Made by a program: the position numbers and the translations under genes. The notes under the pieces are model-generated. The model was given only the letters and a program-made list of their open reading frames with translations, ran no database searches and was not told the origin of the DNA. From an uncultured Verrucomicrobiae bacterium (GTDB lineage Bacteria; Verrucomicrobiota; Verrucomicrobiia; Opitutales; JABDGR01), in contig CAVXVB010000004.1 of the NCBI GenBank assembly GCA_963765205.1, forward strand, positions 96,001 through 160,000: a stretch of DNA of 64,000 nt. Direction: 5' to 3'. Shown one piece after another: positions 51,194 to 61,900 of this stretch (positions are counted from its first letter, which is position 1; each line of letters opens with the position of its first letter).

Positions 51194-52039
51194 GAGGCTG
51201 TCCGAAAAGTCTGATTTGGTCAAGTGATGGGCAGATGGGGTAGTGCGATCATGAGGCAGCCGAGGGTGGCGAAGGCGCAAAAGAGCGAGGCGTGTTTTTC
51301 CCAGCGGGTTAAAAGTCGGCGATGGTAGCCCAGCCAGGCGATGGTGCGTTCGACTTTCCAGCGGCGGCGGTAGCGGCGCAGAGGCCGGCCATCTTGGGTG
51401 ACATTTTCAGGCAGGCGGTTTTGGCGGTGTGGGGCGATCATCTCGATGCCCAGTTCGGCGAGCGTTTCGTCCAGTTCGTCCACGTCGTAGGCTTTGTCGC
51501 CGATGAGCCGTTTGGGTTGGGCCACAGGTTCACCCAGTTCAAGGGTTTGTTGCACCAGGTCGTGCTCGGCCACCCCGGAGGCCTCCACCGACAGCGCCAA
51601 AGGAATCCCTTGTCCATCAACGATTACCTGCAGCTTGGTTCCTTTGCCCTTGGGGCTGAGGCCCACTGCGTCACCCCCACCCTTGGCGGCGGCAAAGGTG
51701 GCGTCCACAAAGCACTCTTCCAAGTCGATGCGCCCCGCTTCCACCCGTTGGCGGATGACCTTGGCCAGCAGGGAGCGGAAGGCCCGCGACTGGCTCCAGC
51801 GTTGCCGGTAGTCATGCACGGTGGACTTGGGCGGAAAACTCCGCGGCAGGTATTCCCACTGAATCCCGGTGTGCAGCACGAACAACAAGGCCTCGAAGAC
51901 CCGCCGGGCGTCGGCCCGCGGCCGCCCATACCGGCTGGTCTTGGGCCGTTCCAACACCGGCTTCAATAACTCCCATTGTGCATCAGTTGTAAACATATTG
52001 TCCTATAAGCACAAACCTTGCCACTTTTCGGATAGACTC
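51194..52039 (-). mobile_element. IS5-family insertion sequence (846 bp), isoform of the 29959 element
   Basis: TIRs GAGGCTGTCCGAAAAGT and revcomp GAGTCTATCCGAAAAGT; TA on both flanks. Confidence 0.92.
51220..51996 (-). CDS. IS5-family DDE transposase
   Basis: 258 aa, colinear with 30011..30787. Confidence 0.95.
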   Translation of the reverse strand: MFTTDAQWELLKPVLERPKTSRYGRPRADARRVFEALLFVLHTGIQWEYLPRSFPPKSTVHDYRQRWSQSRAFRSLLAKVIRQRVEAGRIDLEECFVDATFAAAKGGGDAVGLSPKGKGTKLQVIVDGQGIPLALSVEASGVAEHDLVQQTLELGEPVAQPKRLIGDKAYDVDELDETLAELGIEMIAPHRQNRLPENVTQDGRPLRRYRRRWKVERTIAWLGYHRRLLTRWEKHASLFCAFATLGCLMIALPHLPIT

Positions 52040-52083
52040 TAATTTCATTGGAAGGCAAGGTAGATTTTCTGCCTTTTCTTTTC

Positions 52084-53355
52084 TTATTCCCTTATCTGCC
52101 CGTCGCCCTTGATCACATACTTATACGTGCATAATTCGCGCAGGCCCATGGGGCCGCGGGCGTGGAGGCGGTCAGTCGAGATGCCGATTTCCGCGCCGAG
52201 GCCGAACTCGAAGCCGTCCGTGAAGCGCGTCGAGGCGTTCCAGTAAACCGTCGCCGAATCCACGCCGGCGAGGAACTGGCGCGCGGCGGCTTCATCGCGC
52301 GTGACAATTGCGTCGGAGTGGCCCGAGCCGTATTGGTTGATGTCCGCAATGGCGGCGGCGAGATCGGGCACGACTTTCACGGCTAGGATCAAATCCAGGT
52401 ATTCGGTCGAGAAGTCCTCGCCACTGGCGGGCGTGAGCTTGAGACCGGCTTCGTTTTGCAACAGGGCCAGCGCGCGCGGGTCGGCGCGCAGTTCGACGTT
52501 TTTCGCGGCGAGGGCGCGGGCGATTCTTGGCAGCAGCGCGGGCGCGGCGTCCTGGTGGATGAAGAGATTTTCCGCGGCATTGCACACGCCGGGGCGCTGG
52601 GTCTTGGCGTTGATCACGATTTTTTCCGCGAGCGCGGGATCGGCGTCGCGATCCACGTAAATCGTGCAGACGCCCTTGAAATGTTTGATGACGGGGACGG
52701 TGGCGTGCTCCGCGACGAAGCGGATGAGCGCCTCGCCGCCGCGCGGGATGACGCAGTGGATGTATTGATCTAGCCGGAGCAGCGGTTCGAGCGCGGCGCG
52801 GTCGGTGGTCGGGACGAGCTGGACGGCGTGCGCGGGCAGGCCGGCCTCGGCCAGCGCCTCGCCGCACAACGCCGCCAGTGCGGTGTTGGACTCAAAAGAC
52901 TCGCTGCCGCCACGCAGGATGCAGGCGTTGCCGGATTTGAGGCAGAGCGCCGCGCACTCGATGGTCACGTTCGGGCGCGATTCGTAAATGATGGCGATGA
53001 CGCCGATGGGCACGCGGATTTTGCGGATTTCCAAGCCATTCGGACGCGTGATGCGCTCGATTTCCTCGCCCACGGGGTCGGGCAGCGCGGCGACCTGGCG
53101 CACGCTCTCCGCCAGGGCGCGCAGGCGTTCGGACGTGAGCGTGAGACGGTCGAGCATGGGCTTGGCCAGGCCGGCCGCCGTGGCCGCGGCCACATCGCGC
53201 GCGTTCGCGGCGAGCAGCGCGGGCGCGCGTTCACCCAGCAACGCCGCCAGGCGCGCGAGCGCGGCGTTTTTGCGCGACGAGTGGGCCGTGGCCAGCGCGA
53301 GCGACGCCGCGCGCGCCTGCCGGCCCAGCGTCTCGATGAGGGCGGAAAGGGACAT
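52084..53355 (-). CDS. proA: Gamma-glutamyl phosphate reductase
   Basis: [42 protein letters not shown]. Confidence 0.97.
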   Translation of the reverse strand: MSLSALIETLGRQARAASLALATAHSSRKNAALARLAALLGERAPALLAANARDVAAATAAGLAKPMLDRLTLTSERLRALAESVRQVAALPDPVGEEIERITRPNGLEIRKIRVPIGVIAIIYESRPNVTIECAALCLKSGNACILRGGSESFESNTALAALCGEALAEAGLPAHAVQLVPTTDRAALEPLLRLDQYIHCVIPRGGEALIRFVAEHATVPVIKHFKGVCTIYVDRDADPALAEKIVINAKTQRPGVCNAAENLFIHQDAAPALLPRIARALAAKNVELRADPRALALLQNEAGLKLTPASGEDFSTEYLDLILAVKVVPDLAAAIADINQYGSGHSDAIVTRDEAAARQFLAGVDSATVYWNASTRFTDGFEFGLGAEIGISTDRLHARGPMGLRELCTYKYVIKGDGQIRE

Positions 53356-53361
53356 GGAATA

Positions 53362-53478
53362 AGAAGTCAGAATACAGGAGACCGGAGACAGAATAAAGGC
53401 GATTTCGGCAGATTTTTCCGCCGTCTTTTTATCTCCTGCGTTCTGACTTCCGAATCCTGAATTCTGTTTCCTGAATCC
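53362..53478. repeat. Inverted pair of degenerate heptamer arrays
   Basis: AGTCAGA ATACAGG AGACCGG AGACAGA faces TCTGACT TCCGAAT CCTGAAT TCTGTTT CCTGAAT. Confidence 0.6.
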
Positions 53479-54438
53479 CTACAATTTCACCATCGCCCGC
53501 AACTCCCACGCGCGTTTTTCGATTTCGGCGATGCCGGCGGATTCGAGGCGGTCGCAGGAAAAGGCTTCGACGGTGAGACTGGCGACGACAGTGGCAAAGA
53601 CCATGGCTTCTTTGATTTGCAAAAACGTTGGCTGCGGCGGGCGGCCGGCACCAGTCTGCACGGCGAGGGCGCCGAGGAGCGCGCCGGCGAAGGAATCGCC
53701 CGCGCCGGTCGGGTCGTGCAACTCGACCACGGGATATGCGGGCAGCGCGAACAGCCCGTCGGGATGAAACAAATACGCGCCGTGCTCGCCCTTCTTGACG
53801 ATGACCAGGCGCGGCCCCAGCGCGCGCAGGGCGTGGCCAGCACGGATGAGGTTGGTTTCGCCGGTAAGGAGTTCCGCCTCAGTGTCGTTGATGACAAACA
53901 GATCCAATTCTCGCAGGAGGGCGCGCAATTCGTCGTGCGTGGTTTTGATCCACAAATCAATCGTGTCGGCGGCGGCGAAAGCATTTTTCCCGAGCGCGGC
54001 GCGCACATGGCGTTGGAGCGCAGGGTGGATGTTCCCGAGCAGAACGTATTCGGATTTTTTGTAATGTTCCGGCAACTGCGGGCGGAAACGCTCGAAGACA
54101 TTGAGGTGGATTTCGAGCGTGTCGCGCCGGTTGAAGTTTTCGTGATAGCGCCCCTTCCAATGGAAAGTCGGGCCGCTCGGGTCCACTTGCAGGCCGGCGA
54201 GGTCAATACCGCGCGCGCGCAGGCGGGCGAGGTCGTGCGGGGCGAAATCGTGGCCGACGACGCCGACGAGGCGCGTGGGCGCGAAGTAGCTGGCGGCGAG
54301 CGCGGCGTAACTGGCCGAGCCGCCGAGGATGCGCTCGCCGCTGGCGCGCGGCGTGATGATGTCGTCATACGCGACCGAGCCAACGACGAGGACGCCGGCG
54401 GGTTCGTGCGCGACATGGGGCAGGGTCAGGCGGTGCAT
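53479..54438 (-). CDS. PfkB/ribokinase-family carbohydrate kinase
   Basis: VVGSVAYD, LGGSASY, VKKGEHG, DPTGAGDSFAG. Confidence 0.92.
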   Translation of the reverse strand: MHRLTLPHVAHEPAGVLVVGSVAYDDIITPRASGERILGGSASYAALAASYFAPTRLVGVVGHDFAPHDLARLRARGIDLAGLQVDPSGPTFHWKGRYHENFNRRDTLEIHLNVFERFRPQLPEHYKKSEYVLLGNIHPALQRHVRAALGKNAFAAADTIDLWIKTTHDELRALLRELDLFVINDTEAELLTGETNLIRAGHALRALGPRLVIVKKGEHGAYLFHPDGLFALPAYPVVELHDPTGAGDSFAGALLGALAVQTGAGRPPQPTFLQIKEAMVFATVVASLTVEAFSCDRLESAGIAEIEKRAWELRAMVKL

Positions 54439-54451
54439 GGGGTAAAATGAA

Positions 54452-55060
54452 TCAGTGTGGAAACGGGCTGGCGAGATGCATAAACAAAAACTGCAGCGCG
54501 TTGAGCGAGAGGCTGTGGAAAATCTCCCCGCGGCGGATCATCTGTTCGACTTCGACCAGTGGGAAGATGCCGATTTGCAATTCCTCGTGCGGGTCCCAAT
54601 TTGTCGCCGCGTGGAGCGCGCAATTTTCGACGAGGATGAAATGGACTGTGTTGTTTTGAATGGCGGGGTTGGGCGCGGCTTGGCCCAGGAGGCGCGCGGC
54701 CATGCCGGCGTAGCCGGTTTCCTCGAGCAATTCGCGCTGCGCGGCGGCAACAATGTCCTCGCCCGGTTCGATGACTCCGCCGGGCGGCTCCCAGGAAAGT
54801 TTTTCCACCCCGAAGCGCCACTGGCGCACGAGAATCAATTCCTGCCGCGGCGTCAGGGCGAGCGTCTGCGCCCAGTCCGGGGCTTCGATGACGTAGAAAT
54901 CCCCTTCGCGCCCGTCGTCGACGTGGCGCAAACGCCGGCGTTGGACGCGGAACACCCGGCAATCGGCCAAGGTGCTTTGCCCAAGGTTGACCCACGCGGC
55001 CGGGGGTGTGGCGGAGCCGCCGGCGGCCGCAGGCCGGGATACGGGCGGAGTCTCGGCCAT
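54452..55060 (-). CDS. NUDIX hydrolase (ADP-ribose pyrophosphatase-like)
   Basis: GGVIEPGEDIVAAAQRELLEETGY Nudix box. Confidence 0.92.
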   Translation of the reverse strand: MAETPPVSRPAAAGGSATPPAAWVNLGQSTLADCRVFRVQRRRLRHVDDGREGDFYVIEAPDWAQTLALTPRQELILVRQWRFGVEKLSWEPPGGVIEPGEDIVAAAQRELLEETGYAGMAARLLGQAAPNPAIQNNTVHFILVENCALHAATNWDPHEELQIGIFPLVEVEQMIRRGEIFHSLSLNALQFLFMHLASPFPH

Positions 55061-55067
55061 GAAAAAC

Positions 55068-55721
55068 TTACGACGTGGCGACCGCCGCAGCTGGGGCCGC
55101 CGAACCGCTATCCGCAGGCGCGGCGGTACGCGAGGCCGGGGCGCTCGAACCGGAAGATGCGTGCGAGGCCGGGATCGTGATGACTTGGCCCGGTTTCAAT
55201 TTCGTGGAATCCACCCCCGGATTGGCATCTTCGAGGGCTTTGAGGGTGACGTTATATCTCTTGGCTACGTTACTGAGGGTATCGCCCGAAGCGATGGTGT
55301 GGGTGCCGCCCTGACCGGGCACTACGTTCGAGGCTGCCTGGCCGCCGCTGCCGCGGGTGGCGGGGACGGAACCCTTGCCGATTTTGCCGACGCTATCTGA
55401 CAACTCGGTAATCTTAGTGCGGTCGTCGGTGATGGCTTGGCCGTATTTGGTGAGAACGTCCTGCGCGTTGGCAATAAAAGCATCAAGTTTGCTGGATGTA
55501 GCGTCGAGCTTGGCGGAGAGGCCGCCCGCCGCAGATGCTGCAGTTTTGGCGTCATTGGCGGCCTGGGTGGCGGCGTCGATGTCGGTTCGCTGGGCCGTCA
55601 ACTTGCTGCTGTTGCTGAACGACATGAGCAAGGCGACACCGCCGACCAGCACGCCAAGGATGCCGATGGCAAGAGGCATCATCGAGCTGATGCCGGATTT
55701 GGAGGAAGAATCTACGTCCAT
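55068..55721 (-). CDS. Membrane-anchored coiled-coil LysM protein
   Basis: N-terminal TM; HTIASGDTLSNVAKRYNVTLKALEDANP..LKPGQVITIP. Confidence 0.88.
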   Translation of the reverse strand: MDVDSSSKSGISSMMPLAIGILGVLVGGVALLMSFSNSSKLTAQRTDIDAATQAANDAKTAASAAGGLSAKLDATSSKLDAFIANAQDVLTKYGQAITDDRTKITELSDSVGKIGKGSVPATRGSGGQAASNVVPGQGGTHTIASGDTLSNVAKRYNVTLKALEDANPGVDSTKLKPGQVITIPASHASSGSSAPASRTAAPADSGSAAPAAAVATS

Positions 55722-55959
55722 GGGAGGAAAACGATGAGGATAAAAAGCCCCGCCCGGCCAACGCGACCGCGCGAAGCTGCCCCTTAATAAGCCCGCCGCC
55801 CCGCAGAACGCAAGCGGCAAAAATGACCCATTTTTGAGGGGGCCTCTCAGTCTAGCAGTTTCCATACCGAATGAGCACCGGGGCAGGCATAAGAAAGGAA
55901 ATTTTGGGGATCGAGTTTGGACTCCACTCCCCGCTCCCCACCCTCCACACTCTTGCGGC

Positions 55960-58900
55960 ATGCTCTCGGCTCTCCGCATCTCCGACCACCCCGCCGCCAC
56001 CTGGACCTGCGCGGCGGAGCCGTGGCTGCGCACCCACGGGCCCGCCTGGCGTGAACGCCGCACCGTCCTCGCGCCGAACGCCGCCTGGATTGCCGCGCTG
56101 AAGGCCGGCGCGGTCGCGGCGGGGATTCCCGTCCTCGGCATCAATTGGCTCACGCCCGGTTGCTGGCGCGCGCAGGCTTTGTGCGCGTTGCCCGACTCGG
56201 CCCGCCAGGTCGCCTTGCGCGAGGATTTGCATCTGCTGCTCGAACTGGCCGCGGCAGCCCTACCGGATAATTTGCTGGCCCGCGCGTATGGGCCGGACCC
56301 CGCGCCGTTTCAGGAATTGCTCGACGCCCTGGATGGGGCGGGCTGGGACGGCGAGGTATTTGCTGATGCCACCGCGCGCGAACTGGCTGCCAGCGTTGCG
56401 CACGCGCGCGCGCAGGCTGGCTGGCTCACAACCGCCGCCGCCGACCGAGCTTTTCGCGCCGCCGCCGCGAACGGCACGCTGCCCCGGCTCGGCGAAAAAT
56501 TACTCGCGGTCGGTTTCAGCCCGGGCGATTGGGCGCTGCACCCGCTCCTCGAAGCGGCCGCCGCGGCGCATGGCGAGAGCGAACTCGTCCTCGACGTGGT
56601 GGATTACGAGCAGACCATCGCGGCGGCCTGGGTCGGCGCGTGGGAAGAAACTTTGGGCGGCCCGGCGGATTGGCTCGAAGCCGCAGGCACACCCGCGCCA
56701 TTTGCGTCTCTGGCGGCGGAAATTCTCGCGTCGGCGCGACCCACGCCGACGCAAAGTTTTTCCGCGCCCGAAAACGCCTCGCCGGTTTTATGGCTGGCGG
56801 ATAATTTGCAGGCGGAGGCCGACCTCGCCGTCGCACAGGCCCTAGCATTTTTGGGCGAAGCGGGCGACCGACCCGCGCGCGTCGGCGTGGTCGTGGGTTC
56901 GGTAAACAGCCCGCTGGCGCACGAAGTGGCCGCCCGCTTCGCCGCGCTCGACTTGCCGCACCACGACGCGCCCGGCCATTTACCGGGCCGCGTGCCTGCA
57001 CAAGCGTTGTTCGAGGCCTGGCTCGACTGGCAGATGGACGGCCGCCTCGCGGGATTGGTTACATGGGTGCGCACGGCGGGGAATTGTGGATTGGCTAGTG
57101 GGAAAGACGCTGATAAAATAGAAAAATATTTGCAGGAGGCCATGCGCGCGACGCTCACCGACGACCCGGCGGTGCTCGGCACGTGGCTGGCGGGCGCGCG
57201 CGCTGAGGCCACTGAGGCGCGGGTGTTTCTCGCCGCGTGGCCGCCTTTGCCGGAATCCGCGCCGTGGGAGGATTTTTTGAAAAAAGTTCTCGAAGTTTCC
57301 AAAAAGCTTCGCTGGCCGGAGGAGCCGGAATTTCTTCAGCAACGCATGGAAAATTGGCGCGGCGCGGTCACGTCGCCGTTGCCGCGCGCGGCGGTGCTGC
57401 GCTGGGTGCGCGCGGTGACACGGGTGCCGGGGCGCACGCGCGACGCGCGGGGCCGCGAGCCGTGGGCTCCCTTGCAAGTCGTGGACGCCGCCAGCGCCGC
57501 CGCGCAGGAGTGGACGCACCTCGTCCTCGGCGGTTTGCTGCACGGCGAATGGCCGGCGGACGACCATGATTCGCCGCTGCTAAGTGAGGCGCGCGTGCGC
57601 GAGCTTAATCGCGCGGTGTTGCGCCAAGGCGCGCAGGGTGAGGGGCATTGGACAGCCGCGCCGGGGCGCGCGCCGCTCTTGTCCCAAGCCGACCGCCGCC
57701 GGCTGGATCGCGCGGTGTTCGCGCGTCTGCTGGGCTTGCCAACCGCGGGCCTCGCATTGACCGCGCGGCGGACTGATCCCGCTGACGGGCGCCCGGCGCG
57801 GCTCTCGGAATATTTTTGGGCGGCGGCGAAACTTGCGCTCGGCCGGTTGCCGACGGAAGACGATTGGGACGCGCTGGCCGCCGCGAGCCGTGCGCGCCAC
57901 GAAGTTGTGCGGGCCGGGCTGGGCGGGAGTTTGCCGGAAATTGTGCGCGGGGATTTTGGGAAAATTTCCGCGCCCGGCCCGGCGGCCACCGCGCGCGCCC
58001 ACGCCGCGCGGCGCAATCCACAAACCGCGTTCGACGAATTTTCTTTCGGCCTGAAATCGCTGCCGAAAGAGCCGCTGAAGTTATCGTGCAAAAAATGGCA
58101 GGACGCGCTGGCGCGGCCGGGCGCGGCGTGGTTCCAACATATTCTGCGCGCGGAGCCGCGCTGGGAGCCGGCGGAAGACGACCCGGCGCGGCTGAGCCTC
58201 GGCTTGTGGGCGCACGAGATCGCACGGCCCGGCCCGGCAAACTTTGGGGAAGCAGGCGCGCCGGAATCGCTGCAGCGGCCTTCTTTAGAGCTGTGGCGCA
58301 AGCTGGTGGACACAAGCGCGCAAAAGATTCGCGCGGAGACCGCGGCGGCGTTTGCGGCGGCACAGCGTCCGCTGCCGGAAGCGTGGCTGGACACTTGGGC
58401 GCGCGCCGCCCGCGTGGCCGGGCAATGGGTGGACGCGCTGGCGGAAAATCCTGAGTGGACGCACGCGCTCGGCGAAATTTCGCTGCCCTGTGAATTGCGG
58501 GGCGCACTGCCGGGAACCCGCGTGGAGCTTCCGCTCTCGGGCCGGATGGATTTGGTGTTGTTCGGCCAACCAGTCGTGTTCGCTCCGGGCCGGCTTGGCA
58601 GCTCGGCGGCGTGGGTGGTTGACTTCAAAACCGGCGGCGACCCGCCGTTGTCGCTGAAAAAACTCGCCGACGGCGCGGGCTTGCAAGTGGCGCTCTACGC
58701 GCGCGCGTTGCTGGTCCTCGGCGCGGGCACGGTATCGCTGACGGTGTTAAACGCCGGGGGCGACGCGGAGCCGCAACTCACGAGCGTGGATTTGGAAAAT
58801 CCGAAACTTGCCAACCTTTGGAAACTGCTCGCGGACTTCGCGCAAGGCCGCTGGGGCGAGCATTGCGATCTCGATAATGAACAAGAAAATTCCGGGGACT

Positions 58901-58977
58901 ACCCTTCGGCGACGCTGCCCGTCCCCATTGATATTTTGCGCCGGAAGTGGGAAATCACGCATCCCCAATCCGTATGA
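55960..58977 (+). CDS. addB: AddB/RexB-like subunit: degenerate helicase fold plus PD-(D/E)XK nuclease
   Basis: GRMDL..VVDFKTG..LQVALYA; ATGA overlap with the helicase gene. Confidence 0.72.
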   Translation: MLSALRISDHPAATWTCAAEPWLRTHGPAWRERRTVLAPNAAWIAALKAGAVAAGIPVLGINWLTPGCWRAQALCALPDSARQVALREDLHLLLELAAAALPDNLLARAYGPDPAPFQELLDALDGAGWDGEVFADATARELAASVAHARAQAGWLTTAAADRAFRAAAANGTLPRLGEKLLAVGFSPGDWALHPLLEAAAAAHGESELVLDVVDYEQTIAAAWVGAWEETLGGPADWLEAAGTPAPFASLAAEILASARPTPTQSFSAPENASPVLWLADNLQAEADLAVAQALAFLGEAGDRPARVGVVVGSVNSPLAHEVAARFAALDLPHHDAPGHLPGRVPAQALFEAWLDWQMDGRLAGLVTWVRTAGNCGLASGKDADKIEKYLQEAMRATLTDDPAVLGTWLAGARAEATEARVFLAAWPPLPESAPWEDFLKKVLEVSKKLRWPEEPEFLQQRMENWRGAVTSPLPRAAVLRWVRAVTRVPGRTRDARGREPWAPLQVVDAASAAAQEWTHLVLGGLLHGEWPADDHDSPLLSEARVRELNRAVLRQGAQGEGHWTAAPGRAPLLSQADRRRLDRAVFARLLGLPTAGLALTARRTDPADGRPARLSEYFWAAAKLALGRLPTEDDWDALAAASRARHEVVRAGLGGSLPEIVRGDFGKISAPGPAATARAHAARRNPQTAFDEFSFGLKSLPKEPLKLSCKKWQDALARPGAAWFQHILRAEPRWEPAEDDPARLSLGLWAHEIARPGPANFGEAGAPESLQRPSLELWRKLVDTSAQKIRAETAAAFAAAQRPLPEAWLDTWARAARVAGQWVDALAENPEWTHALGEISLPCELRGALPGTRVELPLSGRMDLVLFGQPVVFAPGRLGSSAAWVVDFKTGGDPPLSLKKLADGAGLQVALYARALLVLGAGTVSLTVLNAGGDAEPQLTSVDLENPKLANLWKLLADFAQGRWGEHCDLDNEQENSGDYPSATLPVPIDILRRKWEITHPQSV

Positions 58978-61900
58978 ACTTGCCCGACCAGGCCGACCGC
59001 GACCGCTTTGCCACCGAGACGGGGCGGAACTTTTCCGTCATCGCGCCGGCTGGCGTGGGCAAGACGCGCGCCATTGCCCAGCGCGTGCGGGCCATCGCCC
59101 TGGCCGATGCGCGAGCGAGAGAACAGGCGCGAGTGAGCGGCGTGGCGGCCCCGCCACCGCGCCTGCCGCGCCTAGTCGTCGTCACCTACACGCGCAAGGC
59201 CGCGGACGAGATGCGCGAGCGGGCGCGCCGGGAACTGGTCGAGGCCGGGCTGCCGCCCGCCATCCTCGGTTGGTTCAACGAGGCGTTCTTCGGCACGATT
59301 CACAGTTTTTGTCTTGAATTACTGCGGCGCTTCGGGCCGCTGGCCGGTTTGCCCACGCGCTTTACCGTCGAGCCGGACGATGCGGAGCTGCGCCTGGCCT
59401 TCCAGCGGGACACGCCGGACGTAGCCGCCTTTTTGCCGGAACCCGCGCGCGCGGCGTGGCGGCGTTACGGCACAGCGGCGGTGGTCTGGCCGCTGGTGTG
59501 GACGTGGCCGGAGGGCGCGGAAATGCCGCCTGCGCCGGGACCGTGCCCGGAAATCAATTTTGCCGCGGTGTTCCATTTTCAGCGCGCCAAAAAGCACCAG
59601 AGTGCGGAGGAACATATCCGCCGCTCACGGCAACGGCTGGGCGCGTGGCAAACGGCGGGCGCGGAGGCACGCGCGCTCGGCCTGCCGGAGGCGTCCGGCG
59701 GCGGTGAAGACTTTCTGCAAATCTGGGCCGCGGCGTTTTTGCCGCTACGCGAGTGGCTGGCCGCGGCGGCGGCCCATGCGGCGGCGGGTTTGGCGGAAAA
59801 ATACGCGCAATTCAAGGAGGAGCGTGGCTGCCTCGGCTACGGCGATTTCACGCGGTTGGCCGCGAAGTTGTTGCGCGACCCGGTATTGGGCGAACGCATT
59901 CGCGAGCAGGAATTTTCCATTTTGCTCGACGAGGCACAGGACACCGACCCGGCGCAATTCGATGTCTTGCTCAGGGTCGCACAAGCGACGGGCACGGCGG
60001 ACCAAGACCTGTCTGCGCAACCCGCGCCGGGACGTTTCTCCATGGTCGGCGACCCGCAACAGTCCATCTACCGCCGCGCGGACGTGCGCTACTACGAGAA
60101 TTTGCGCGCGCGCCTGGTGCAGTCCGGCGCGGCGGAGGAACTCATCTTCTCCGTCACGCTGCGCTGCGACACCGCGATTGTCGCGCAGGTGAACAAAATA
60201 TTTCCCGCGCTGCTGGATGGGCGCGCCGGCCAGGCGAATTTTGTACCACTGCAAACGCGGCCTGGTGCGGGCGCGGGGAGCATGTGGCGCCTGCCTGTCG
60301 CGCGACCGGAAAATTTTCCCACGAAGCCGAAGGTGGATGATTTGATTCGCGCCGAGGCTGAGGCTCTCGCGCACTGGTTGAAAAACGCCGGTCACAAGGG
60401 CGCGGGGGCGGATGGCTGGGAGGAAGTGGCGATACTCGCGCCGCGCAAAAAATGGCTCGGCGCGCTGGCGGCGGCGTTGCGCGCCGTGGATTTGCGCGCG
60501 CAATTGCACGCCGACGATCGCGCGCGGGGCGCGGATCCGGCCCGCGCGTGGCTCGGCGCGCTGCTCGGCGTGCTGGCCGACCCGGGCGACGATTTCGAGA
60601 TCATCGGCGTGTTACGTGAAATTTTCGGCGTTTCCGATGACGACATTTTTCATTGGCGCAACGGCGGCGCGGCGGCGGCGGCGCCAAACGCGCGGGCGGC
60701 GCAGGAATTATTGGCGCAACTGGCGCGCGCCGTTTCCGGGAGGCCCTTGCGCGACGCCGTGGCGCTGGCGGTCAAAGCCGCGCAATTGCGGGAGCGCCTG
60801 GCTGCTATCGGCACGCCACCCGCCGCCCTCGAAACATTGCTCGACCAAACCGCGCCCGCCGAAGCGCGCGGGGACGACCTGGTGGTGTTCGCGCGCGCAC
60901 TGCGCCACGGGCCGGCCGAAGCCGTGGAGCCGGTGGCCCAATCCGGCGAAATTCAACTGCTCACCAACCATAAAGCCAAGGGGCTCGAATGGCCGGTGGT
61001 CGTGCAATTCGGTTTGTTTCTCAAGCCGCGCGTGCCGGCGCCGGAGTATCCCTGCTGGGTTGCGCCCACCGCGCCCGGCGCGCCGCCGACCTGCCGGCTC
61101 GACAAACTCCACGCGCCGACGCAGGTAGGGTGGGGCGAGAAGGAGGCCCAGCGCGCTGAATTCGAGCGCCTGCTCTACGTCGCCGTGACACGCCCGCGCC
61201 ACACACTCTTCCTGGTGGACGCAACCGCGCTGGCCGACCCTGACAAGTCTGCCGATGGGTCACTGGCCAGGCTGCTGGGTGTAACACCCGGAGGGCCGGC
61301 GCGGAGCTGGTGGGAAACGATTCCGCAGGCAGGTGAAAAAATCATAAAAACTAAAAGAATATCCTTCAAGAAAGGCCAGCCCTCCGCGCCGCCCGCGCGC
61401 TGGCTACAGCCGGAATGGGGCGCGGAAATTTTTGCCCCGGCTGTGACGGCAGCGAGAAAATTCGCGCGCCGTGTGCGCCCGAGCACGCTGGCCAAACATC
61501 TGACAGCCTCCGCCGTGCCGGAACGCGCTGAGCCGGATTTGGCCGCGCCGCCGGACTATCCCGAGGAGCAAGCGCCACCGGGCTCCGCAGTGAACTACGG
61601 CAACTGGTGGCACGAAGTCATGGAGCGCACACCCTGGTCCGCCGGCAAAAATGAGTGGGCGGCCTTCTGGGAAAAATCCTGCGCGACCGCGCCGGACGTC
61701 GCGCGCGCGCGCGCGGAGACGGTGCGCTTGCTGGTCTCGCCGCTGACTGCGCGGCTCGCCGAGCCCGGGTTGGAATTTGCCGTCGAGACGCCGTTTTTGT
61801 GGGCCGAGCCGGACGGCGCGCGCGCGTTCGACGGCTGCATGGACCTGGCGGTGTGGGATGGGAAAAATTTGCGCTGGCTCGTGGTGGATTGGAAGACGGA

